A stretch of DNA of 39,536 nucleotides from the NCBI GenBank assembly GCA_964650035.1, contig CAZYSH010000003.1, forward strand, positions 1 through 39,536. The letters run 5' to 3'. Below, one piece after another: positions 7,936-15,224 of the stretch. The DNA comes from an uncultured Candidatus Saccharibacteria bacterium. GTDB taxonomy: Bacteria > Patescibacteriota > Minisyncoccia > Portnoybacterales > UBA2143. A program made the translations under genes and the position numbers. The notes beneath the pieces were generated by a model. It was given only the letters and a program-made list of their open reading frames with translations, searched no databases and was not told the origin of the DNA. The first letter of the stretch is position 1. Every line of letters begins with the position of its first letter.

Positions 7936-8427
7936 ATGCCTTACTATTTTTTACCACAAGATTATAAAGCTCTTAAAGAAAAAGCTGAGATACTTGAGAA
8001 AGAATCAAAAAAACTAGGTAAGCAAATTAATATAACCACCACTGAAAGTTCCGAGGGCTGGCACGATAACGCGCCTTTTGATGCGGTTATGAATGAATTG
8101 GGTATGCTCAAAGAACAGTTAAAAGAAATAGGAGAATTAATTAGAAAAGCAAAAATTATTCAACCCTCCAAGAATAAAGATAAAGTTAGTATAGGCAGTT
8201 TAGTCAAAGTAGTTGGTCAAGATAATAAAGAAAAATGGTATCAAATTGGCAGTTATAGAATAATAGCGAAAAAAGAACAAAAAGGTAAAAATTCAGAGAA
8301 GAATCCTTTAATTATTTCTTATGCTGGTCCAGTTGGTCAAAAACTGTTAAATAGAAAATGTGGTGATAAAATCACAGTAAAATTACCTAATCAGACAAGC
8401 ATTTTAGTAATTAAAAAAATACAATAG
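7936..8427 (+). CDS. GreA/GreB-family transcript cleavage factor-like protein
   Basis: N-terminal coiled coil plus C-terminal ISYAGPVGQKLLNRKCGDKI (GreA C-terminal-domain pattern); ATG at 7936 preferred, because the TTG at 7894 lies inside the palindrome. Confidence 0.7.
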   Translation: MPYYFLPQDYKALKEKAEILEKESKKLGKQINITTTESSEGWHDNAPFDAVMNELGMLKEQLKEIGELIRKAKIIQPSKNKDKVSIGSLVKVVGQDNKEKWYQIGSYRIIAKKEQKGKNSEKNPLIISYAGPVGQKLLNRKCGDKITVKLPNQTSILVIKKIQ

Positions 8428-8428
8428 C

Positions 8429-8457
8429 TTGATTTTTGCTTTAGTTTAGGTTAAAGT
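8429..8457 (+). promoter_or_regulatory. promoter candidate for tRNA-Lys
   Basis: TTGATT (8429-8434), 17-nt spacer, TAAAGT (8452-8457), 8 nt before the tRNA 5' end. Confidence 0.4.
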
Positions 8458-8465
8458 ATATGTAT

Positions 8466-8539
8466 GCCCCGTTAGCTTAGTGGTAAAGCAGAAGACTTTT
8501 AATCTTTTGACAGGGGTTCGATTCCCTTACGGGGTACCA
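8466..8539 (+). tRNA. tRNA-Lys (anticodon UUU), CCA encoded
   Basis: hand-folded cloverleaf: acceptor GCCCCGT/ACGGGGT (G1-U72), anticodon loop CTTTTAA, T arm AGGGG-TTCGATT-CCCTT, 3' ACCA. Confidence 0.92.
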
Positions 8540-8545
8540 ATTAAG

Positions 8546-8571
8546 AAAAACCCAGTATTTACTGGGTTTTT
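8546..8571 (+). terminator. intrinsic terminator after tRNA-Lys
   Basis: AAAAACCCAGT-ATTT-ACTGGGTTTTT. Confidence 0.8.
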
Positions 8572-8634
8572 CTATTCCACAATTGATTGTTATGGGATAA
8601 AATGATAAGATAATAGAAGTTATGTTTTTAATCT

Positions 8635-8770
8635 AGAGGCTTATTAAACCCAGAGGCGTCGTCTTGAAAATGACGCCCTCCGCAGTACTGCGGAGGGACA
8701 TCATTTTACAAGACAAGCCTCTTAGGCATTCTAATAATACAAGGGACATCATTTTGCAGGACAAGCCTCT
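8635..8770. repeat. hairpin family 2, copy 2 (8652-8722) nested in an outer AGAGGC/GCCTCT pair, with an extra orphan right arm (8743-8770)
   Basis: arms nearly identical to 3374-3442; apical stem CCCTCCGCAG-TA-CTGCGGAGGG; right arm GGGACATCATTTT(A/G)CA(A/G)GACAAGCCTCT occurs twice. Confidence 0.85.
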
Positions 8771-8800
8771 TAGATCATATCACTTTCTGTGACAAAGGAG

Positions 8801-8819
8801 TTGGGAGTGGCACTCCCAA
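8801..8819. repeat. 19-nt palindrome TTGGGAGT-GGC-ACTCCCAA, 13 nt upstream of the aspS ATG
   Basis: 8-bp arms, 3-nt loop; AAAGGAG immediately 5' (8794-8800); the same motif occurs at 24678-24696, 39002-39020, 18516-18534 and 2787-2824. Confidence 0.85.
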
Positions 8820-8832
8820 TTTTCTAAAATTT

Positions 8833-10233
8833 ATGAAACGGGTTTTAAATATCAAAACAATTCAAAAAAAAGACGAAGAGGTTAAATTGGCTGGTTGGGT
8901 TCACGCCCGGCGGGATCACGGTCAAATCATCTTTATAGACCTGCGTGACAAAAGCGGGTTAGTTCAACTTGTTTTTTTGCCAGAAAACAAAGAAGTTTAT
9001 CAATTAGCTAATTCTTTACGAAGCGAATGGGTGATTGAAGTGATTGGCAAAGTTAATGAGCGGCCTAAAGGAATGGTTAATAAAAATCTTCCGACCGGGA
9101 AAGTAGAGATTGAGGTTCAGGAATTAAATATCTTGAATAAAGCCAAGACGCCGCCTTTTGAAATAGTGGATGAAAAGGATATCGGTGAGGAAATCCGTCT
9201 TAAATACCGCTATTTAGATTTACGAAAACAAAGAATGAAAAGGAATCTTTTAGTTAGGCATAAAGTAATTAAAGAAATCAGGAATTTTATGGATAAAATG
9301 GGTTTTATTGAAGTGGAGACGCCGATTTTAACCAAATCAACTCCTGAAGGAGCAAGAGATTTTTTGGTGCCGAGCCGTTTGCATGCCGGAGAATTTTACG
9401 CTTTGCCTCAAGCGCCTCAACAACTAAAACAATTATTAATGGTGGCCGGATTGGAAAAATACTTCCAGATTGCCAAGTGTTTCAGAGATGAAGATTTAAG
9501 GGGCGACCGTCAGCCGGAATTTACTCAATTAGATGTAGAAATATCTTTTGTTAAACAAAAGACCATTTTGAAATTAATTGAAAAAATGCTTATTAAAGTT
9601 GTCCATGAATTGGTTGAGATTGATGAAAAGTTATCAAAAAAATTAACTTTTAATCCGTTTAAGGTTTTGGATTATCAAGAAGTAATGGAAAAATATGGAA
9701 CTGATAGTCCTGATTTAAGGGAGAATAAGGATGACCCTAATGAGTTGGCTTTTGCTTGGATAATTAACTGGCCTCTTTTTGAATGGAATAAAGAAGAAAA
9801 AAGATATGATCCTAATCATCATATTTTTACCGCTCCTCAAGAAAAAGATATTCCTTTATTAGAAAAAGAACCGTTAAAAGTTCGTTCTTGGCAGCATGAT
9901 TTGGTACTTAACGGACACGAAATAGGCGGCGGAAGCATTAGAATTCATCAATCAGATATTCAGGAAAAGATTTTTAAATTAGTTGGTTTAAAAGAAAAAG
10001 AAATAAAAGAGAAATTCGGTCATTTATTAAAGGCCTTTGAATATGGCGCTCCGCCTCATGGGGGGATTGCTTTGGGTTTAGACCGGATTTTGATGATTCT
10101 TTTGGGTGAATCAAGTATTAGAGAAGTGATTGCCTTTCCAAAAAGCGGCGATGCGCGTGATTTAACTATGAAAGCGCCCAGTTCAGTTGATAAAGAGCAG
10201 TTAAAGGACTTGAGTATTAAGATTTCCTCTTAA
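8833..10233 (+). CDS. aspS: aspartyl-tRNA synthetase (bacterial-type catalytic core, insertion domain absent)
   Basis: N-terminal OB fold, class II motifs (FRDEDLRGDRQPEFTQLD; GGGSIRIH; GLDRILM); only 466 aa. Confidence 0.95.
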   Translation: MKRVLNIKTIQKKDEEVKLAGWVHARRDHGQIIFIDLRDKSGLVQLVFLPENKEVYQLANSLRSEWVIEVIGKVNERPKGMVNKNLPTGKVEIEVQELNILNKAKTPPFEIVDEKDIGEEIRLKYRYLDLRKQRMKRNLLVRHKVIKEIRNFMDKMGFIEVETPILTKSTPEGARDFLVPSRLHAGEFYALPQAPQQLKQLLMVAGLEKYFQIAKCFRDEDLRGDRQPEFTQLDVEISFVKQKTILKLIEKMLIKVVHELVEIDEKLSKKLTFNPFKVLDYQEVMEKYGTDSPDLRENKDDPNELAFAWIINWPLFEWNKEEKRYDPNHHIFTAPQEKDIPLLEKEPLKVRSWQHDLVLNGHEIGGGSIRIHQSDIQEKIFKLVGLKEKEIKEKFGHLLKAFEYGAPPHGGIALGLDRILMILLGESSIREVIAFPKSGDARDLTMKAPSSVDKEQLKDLSIKISS

Positions 10234-10242
10234 CAGAAACTA

Positions 10243-10379
10243 AACTTGAGAATATGCTTTTTATCTACGCAAATTTCCCCAGCGAGGAAATTTGCTGCCT
10301 GAAATGCTCGCTCTTTTTGCTCCGCAAAAAACCATGCCCGCTCGCATTTCTAGGCCGATAAAAAGCATATTCTCAAGTT
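10243..10379. repeat. palindromic element family 1, copy A
   Basis: perfect 23-bp arms (10243-10265 / 10357-10379) around a 91-nt two-hairpin core (10266-10356). Confidence 0.9.
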
Positions 10380-10390
10380 AATGATTAAAA

Positions 10391-11323
10391 ATGTTAACCA
10401 AGGTATTAACCATTATTTTAGTTCTTTTTAATCCATTTAATTTTTATATGGTTAATACTATTTCTTTAGTGGAAGAGCCGATTAATGTGGTTGGAGAAAA
10501 ATTAGAGCAATGGAATGAGTCGTTGATTTCATCTATATTATCGACTAATCCTAATTTTTTGCCCATTCGCGATTGGGGTATTGAAGAAATAGAGACCGAT
10601 TCAAAATCAGCTATAGTTTACAATAGTCATTTAGGTAAAATCCTTTACCAAAAAGAACCAGACCAAATTCTGCCGATTGCCAGTTTAACCAAAATTGTAA
10701 CAGCAATAGTAGTTTTGGAAAATTTGGATTTAAAAGACGAAGTAGTTATTTCAGAAAAAGCGGTTGCTGCTTACGGCGATAATGGCAATTTGATAATTGA
10801 TGAAAAGATTTCAGTAAAAAGTTTACTTTATGCTTTGTTAATGGAATCAAGCAATGATGCGGCTATCGCTCTGGCGGAAACGGTTGAACAAAAAACCGGC
10901 CAGCTCTTTGTTCATTTAATGAATCAAAAAGTTGGTGATTTAGATTTGAACAGCACTCGTTTTTCTGACCCGAGCGGCTATAACTCAACTAATATCTCTA
11001 CAGCCAGAGAAATACTTAAATTAATAGAATATAGTTTTAATCAGCCAATTATTTGGCAGATAATGAAAACAACGGATATTAATTTATCTTCGGTTGATGA
11101 GAAGATTCAGCATCATTGGGTTAATACCGATGAATTATTAAATCGTTTGCCTAATATTGTTGGAGGAAAAACAGGATATACTCAAGAAGCCCAGGGTTGC
11201 TTGGTGATTGTAATTGAACAACCGGAAAACGGGCGACTGATTAGTGTTATTTTAGGAGCTCAAGAAAGATTTTTAGAAACAGAGAAATTAATTAATTGGG
11301 TTCAAGAGGCCTATAAGTGGTAA
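10391..11323 (+). CDS. D-alanyl-D-alanine carboxypeptidase (peptidase S11, PBP5-like)
   Basis: SxxK (SLTK), SxN (SSND) and KTG (KTGYT) motifs; N-terminal hydrophobic anchor. Confidence 0.85.
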   Translation: MLTKVLTIILVLFNPFNFYMVNTISLVEEPINVVGEKLEQWNESLISSILSTNPNFLPIRDWGIEEIETDSKSAIVYNSHLGKILYQKEPDQILPIASLTKIVTAIVVLENLDLKDEVVISEKAVAAYGDNGNLIIDEKISVKSLLYALLMESSNDAAIALAETVEQKTGQLFVHLMNQKVGDLDLNSTRFSDPSGYNSTNISTAREILKLIEYSFNQPIIWQIMKTTDINLSSVDEKIQHHWVNTDELLNRLPNIVGGKTGYTQEAQGCLVIVIEQPENGRLISVILGAQERFLETEKLINWVQEAYKW

Positions 11324-11330
11324 AATAATT

Positions 11331-12374
11331 ATGTTAGATATTTTCTATATTTCCCGCATTCTTGGTTTAACAGCTATATCTTTTGTTTTTGCTTTAGCCT
11401 GGACGCCGGTCCTAATTTATTTTCTTGATAAATATCAATTAGGCAAACAAATTAGATCTAATGGCGCCCCTATTTTCAGTAAACTTCATAGCAAAAAAGA
11501 AGGAACCCCAACTATGGGCGGGGTTTTAATTTGGGGGACTGTTTTGTTTTTAACCTTACTTGTTTGGGTTTTGTCCAGAATATTTGACGGGTTTTTTGAA
11601 AATTTGAACTTTTTAACCCGTCGGGAAACCCTTTTGCCTTTAGGCGCTTTAGTGGCTTCAGCTTTGGTTGGAATGGGGGATGATTTATTGGGGATTTTTA
11701 GAATTGGCTCTAATGGCGGAGGATTGAAAATAAGACACCGTCTTTTAATTTATACAGTCATTGCTCTTTTTGGCGCCTGGTGGTTCTTTTGGAAATTAGA
11801 ATGGGATTTAATTCATGTTCCTTTTGTAGGCGATTTTAACATTGGTCTGTGGTATATTCTTTTATTTGTTTTTATTTTAGTTGCTACAGCTCATTCAACT
11901 AATCTTGCTAATGGATTAGATGGACTGGCCGAGGGGGTGCTTTTAATTGCCTTTGGTTCTTATGGGGTAATTGCTTTTGCTCAAGGAAGATTTGATTTAT
12001 CGGCTTTTTGCGGAGTGGTTATAGGGGCGCTGGTGGCATTTTTATGGTTTAATATCTATCCAGCTCGCTTTTTTATGGGCGATACCGGAGCTATGTCCTT
12101 AGGCATTACTTTGGGGATTATTGCTATGTTAACCAATGCTTTTTTGCTTTTGCCTCTGATCTTTTTTATCCCAGTAGCGGAATCTTTGTCTGTGATTATT
12201 CAAGTTTTATCTAAAAAAATTAGAAAGAAAAAAGTGTTTCTTTCCGCGCCAATCCACCACCATTTTGAAGCCAAGGGCTGGCACGAAACAACTATTACTA
12301 TGCGTTTTTGGATTATTAATGGAATAATGGCAGCCATTGCTTTAATTCTAATGTTTGTTGAACAAATTATTTAG
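11331..12374 (+). CDS. mraY: phospho-N-acetylmuramoyl-pentapeptide transferase MraY
   Basis: multi-pass membrane protein with NLANGLDGLA, MGDTGAMSLG and PIHHHFE motifs. Confidence 0.95.
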   Translation: MLDIFYISRILGLTAISFVFALAWTPVLIYFLDKYQLGKQIRSNGAPIFSKLHSKKEGTPTMGGVLIWGTVLFLTLLVWVLSRIFDGFFENLNFLTRRETLLPLGALVASALVGMGDDLLGIFRIGSNGGGLKIRHRLLIYTVIALFGAWWFFWKLEWDLIHVPFVGDFNIGLWYILLFVFILVATAHSTNLANGLDGLAEGVLLIAFGSYGVIAFAQGRFDLSAFCGVVIGALVAFLWFNIYPARFFMGDTGAMSLGITLGIIAMLTNAFLLLPLIFFIPVAESLSVIIQVLSKKIRKKKVFLSAPIHHHFEAKGWHETTITMRFWIINGIMAAIALILMFVEQII

Positions 12375-12378
12375 TTTT

Positions 12379-13482
12379 ATGAAAGCGCATCAACCTGATT
12401 ATTCTCTTATTTTTATTGTTTTCTTTCTGGTTGCTTTTGGTTTGGTTATCCTTTCTAGCGCTTCAGCGGTTCTTTCCCAAGATGTTTCCAGTCAAAGCTA
12501 TTATTATTTAAAACATCAGTTAATTTACGGGTTAGGTTTGGGCATCATTGCTTTTCTTATCTGTCAAAGAATCAATTATTCCTACTGGCAGAAATTGGCT
12601 TTTCCTTTAATAATTTTAACTATAGTTCTTTTGGTTTTAGTTTTTGTGCCTCAAGTAGGTTATAGTCATGGTGGAGCTAAACGTTGGATTAATTTAGGTT
12701 TTTTCTCTCTCCAGCCATTTGAATTTGTTAAAATAACTTTTATTCTTTATTTAGCCGCTCTCTTAAGCAGAAAAGGTGAAAGAAATCAGGTAATTAAAGA
12801 AAGTTTGCTCCCTTTTTTGGTGATTGTGGGAGTTATTAGTTTGTTGGTTTTAGCCCAGCCAAATATGAGCGCTTTGGTTATTATAGTTATAATTTCAGCT
12901 CTTCTTTATTTTTTAGCCGAGGTAAATATTTTTTATTTAATAACAATATTGTTGGGATTGGTTTTTGCCGGGTTTTTTACTTTAATAAAGACAGCCCCTT
13001 ATCGGCTTAACCGTTTGACTGTTTTTCTTCATCCTGAAATAGATCCCCAGGGAATTGGTTATCAGATTAACCAAGCGCTTTTAGCGATTGGCTCAGGCGG
13101 TCTTTTTGGTTTAGGGCTTGGTCACAGTGTTCAGAAATGGAAGTATTTGCCAGAACCAATTGGCGATTCAATTTTTGCCATTGTTGCCGAAGAAATGGGT
13201 TTAATTGGGGTAAGTATTATTGTAATTCTTTTTTTACTTTTAGCTTGGCGCGGTTTAAGAATTACTAAAAATGCCCCGGATAAATTTAGCCAATTATTAT
13301 CAGGCGGTATTACTGGCTGGCTATTCTTTCAGGCATTTATCAATATGGCGGCTATTTCCGGTTTAATGCCTTTAACTGGAATGCCTTTGCCTTTTGTTAG
13401 TTATGGCGGTTCGGCTATGGTGTCTGCTTTGATTGGTGTTGGAATATTAATTAATATATCGAAATATACTAAGAAAAAATAA
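12379..13482 (+). CDS. ftsW: SEDS-family peptidoglycan polymerase FtsW/RodA
   Basis: FQPFEFVKI, AIVAEEMGLIG and PLPFVSYGGS motifs; ATG at 12379 preferred over the TTG at 12355. Confidence 0.9.
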   Translation: MKAHQPDYSLIFIVFFLVAFGLVILSSASAVLSQDVSSQSYYYLKHQLIYGLGLGIIAFLICQRINYSYWQKLAFPLIILTIVLLVLVFVPQVGYSHGGAKRWINLGFFSLQPFEFVKITFILYLAALLSRKGERNQVIKESLLPFLVIVGVISLLVLAQPNMSALVIIVIISALLYFLAEVNIFYLITILLGLVFAGFFTLIKTAPYRLNRLTVFLHPEIDPQGIGYQINQALLAIGSGGLFGLGLGHSVQKWKYLPEPIGDSIFAIVAEEMGLIGVSIIVILFLLLAWRGLRITKNAPDKFSQLLSGGITGWLFFQAFINMAAISGLMPLTGMPLPFVSYGGSAMVSALIGVGILINISKYTKKK

Positions 13483-13489
13483 GAGAATT

Positions 13490-14635
13490 ATGAGAATACT
13501 TTTTACCGGCGGGGGCACTGGGGGACACATTTTTCCCATTATTGCCGTTGCCAGACAATTAAAAAAAATATATACCCAATCAAGTGAACCAATCGGACCT
13601 GACAAGGAGACGCTTTTAGAAATGTTCTTTTTAGGAACATGGCCTATTTCAAATGATTTTAGAAAAGAAGGGATTAAAGCAAAGGCAATCTTAACCGGGA
13701 AATTAAGGCGGTATTTTTCAATCCAAAATGTTTTGGATTTATTTAAAATGCCTATTGGTTTTATTCAGGCCCTTTGGCATCTTTATTTTTGGATGCCTGA
13801 TGTCATTTTCAGCAAAGGGGGATTTGGCAGCGTGCCTGTTGTTTTAGTCGGTTGGCTTTATCGTATTCCTGTCTTATCTCACGAATCAGATACTGTACCC
13901 GGTCTGGCTAATCGTTTAGGCGCAAAATTTTCTAAAAGAATCGCTATTTCTTTTGCTTCAGCGGCTAAATATTTTCCAGAGAAAAAAACCGCTCTAGTGG
14001 GCAACCCGACTCGTTCAGGAATTACTCAAATTTGTCTTTCAACTGACCTGGACAAAAAAGAGGAAGCGAGAAAAACTTTGGGATTGGCTGGCCAAAAACC
14101 AATAATTTTCATTTTTGGGGGAAGTCAGGGAGCAATGAAAATAAATGAAATGATTCTAAACACTTTATCTCAACTTTTAGAAAAATATGAAATTATCCAT
14201 CAATGCGGGCCTAATAATTTAGAACAAATTAAGCAGGCCATTGGACAATCAGCTTCATCTGATGATTATCATCTTTTCCCTTTTTTAGACGAAAACCAGA
14301 TGGCCATGGCTTATTTAGCGGCTGATTTGGTTATCTCGCGCGCCGGTTCAGGCAGTATTTTTGAAACTGCTCTTTGTGGTAAGCCGAGTATTCTCATCCC
14401 TTTACCTCATGCGGCTGGTAATCACCAGAGAAAAAACGCCTTTGCTTATGCTCAAGCCGGCGCAACCATAGTTATTGAACAAGCTAATTTAACGCCCAAC
14501 ATCTTTCTTAATGAAATTCAGAAAATTTTCAGCCAGCCGGATTTAAAACAGAAAATGTCTACTAACGCCAAAAGTTTTTCTCAGGCAGAAGCAGGACAAA
14601 AAATCGCCCAGGCCTTGATTGAGATGGGGAGATGA
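13490..14635 (+). CDS. murG: UDP-GlcNAc:lipid I GlcNAc transferase MurG
   Basis: N-terminal GGGTGGHIFP, C-terminal GT28 domain (FGGSQGA, SRAGSGS); follows ftsW. Confidence 0.93.
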   Translation: MRILFTGGGTGGHIFPIIAVARQLKKIYTQSSEPIGPDKETLLEMFFLGTWPISNDFRKEGIKAKAILTGKLRRYFSIQNVLDLFKMPIGFIQALWHLYFWMPDVIFSKGGFGSVPVVLVGWLYRIPVLSHESDTVPGLANRLGAKFSKRIAISFASAAKYFPEKKTALVGNPTRSGITQICLSTDLDKKEEARKTLGLAGQKPIIFIFGGSQGAMKINEMILNTLSQLLEKYEIIHQCGPNNLEQIKQAIGQSASSDDYHLFPFLDENQMAMAYLAADLVISRAGSGSIFETALCGKPSILIPLPHAAGNHQRKNAFAYAQAGATIVIEQANLTPNIFLNEIQKIFSQPDLKQKMSTNAKSFSQAEAGQKIAQALIEMGR

Positions 14636-14642
14636 GTAGTAT

Positions 14643-14905
14643 ACCAAAGAATTAATTTTCAAAAGACGCATATATAGCTTAGAGATATGATTTTTCAGCT
14701 AACACATTCAGAGATAAGATAATTAGCTTTCAGAAGACGTAAATTTTTCTCCAGCGGAAAAATTTACTCTGAGTCCGGCAAAATTTCGCCTAAAGGCGAA
14801 CCAAGCAATTTTACCTCCCTAAGCTTCCGAAAACTAATTATCTTATCTCATTTCCGTTCAAAGATATATCTTTAAGCTTAAGCTTTTGAAAATTAATTCT
14901 TTGGT
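14643..14905. repeat. palindromic element family 1, copy D (diverged core with three nested arm layers)
   Basis: outer perfect 23-bp arms 14643-14665 / 14883-14905; inner arms 14711-14736 / 14824-14849; core 14737-14823 has the same architecture as copies A-C. Confidence 0.85.
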
Positions 14906-14937
14906 GTCTAATGTTTTTTTGTTGTATAAATATTAAA

Positions 14938-14989
14938 AAAATCCCGCAGGGAAACAAATGCTTAGCAAATGCTTGTCCTGCAGGATTTT
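14938..14989 (-). terminator. candidate terminator for the small minus-strand ORF
   Basis: AAAATCCCGCAGG / CCTGCAGGATTTT stem (one mismatch), followed on the minus strand by a T-run; the loop is large (26 nt). Confidence 0.45.
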
Positions 14990-14996
14990 ATAACAA

Positions 14997-15203
14997 TTAC
15001 CATCCTTTTAATCTGATTAGCTCATTTAAGCCACAGAGGAGCACCCAAAGGACGATGTTGGTTACTAGTCCTTTGCGAAAAGCATCCCTCTTACGAAGAG
15101 CTTCTGATTGTTCATCTGGTATTAATTTGAATATTCCATATTCCAGAAAAAAGCTCAACAAAGTGCACACTATCACAAGCACGCAAAAAGTAAAAAGACT
15201 CAT
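14997..15203 (-). CDS. small membrane protein, 68 aa, two predicted TM helices
   Basis: strong SD (AAGGGGG, 7-nt spacing) before the ATG at 15203; hydrophobic-charged-hydrophobic layout. Confidence 0.55.
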   Translation of the reverse strand: MSLFTFCVLVIVCTLLSFFLEYGIFKLIPDEQSEALRKRDAFRKGLVTNIVLWVLLCGLNELIRLKGW

Positions 15204-15224
15204 GATTTTACCCCCTTTTAAAGT

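Noticed and set aside
8573-8832. T-box leader upstream of aspS
   Set aside because: I saw no T-box sequence (AANNNGGGUGGUACCGCG-like) and no recognisable specifier-loop or antiterminator arrangement. The structure is explained by the family 2 and 19-nt palindromes.
10243-10379. Gene-3'-end palindromes as integron attC sites
   Set aside because: The flanking genes are core housekeeping genes and no IntI-type integrase is present (the recombinase at 19128 has Xer-type features). The element ends do not match the RYYYAAC / GTTRRRY core sites.
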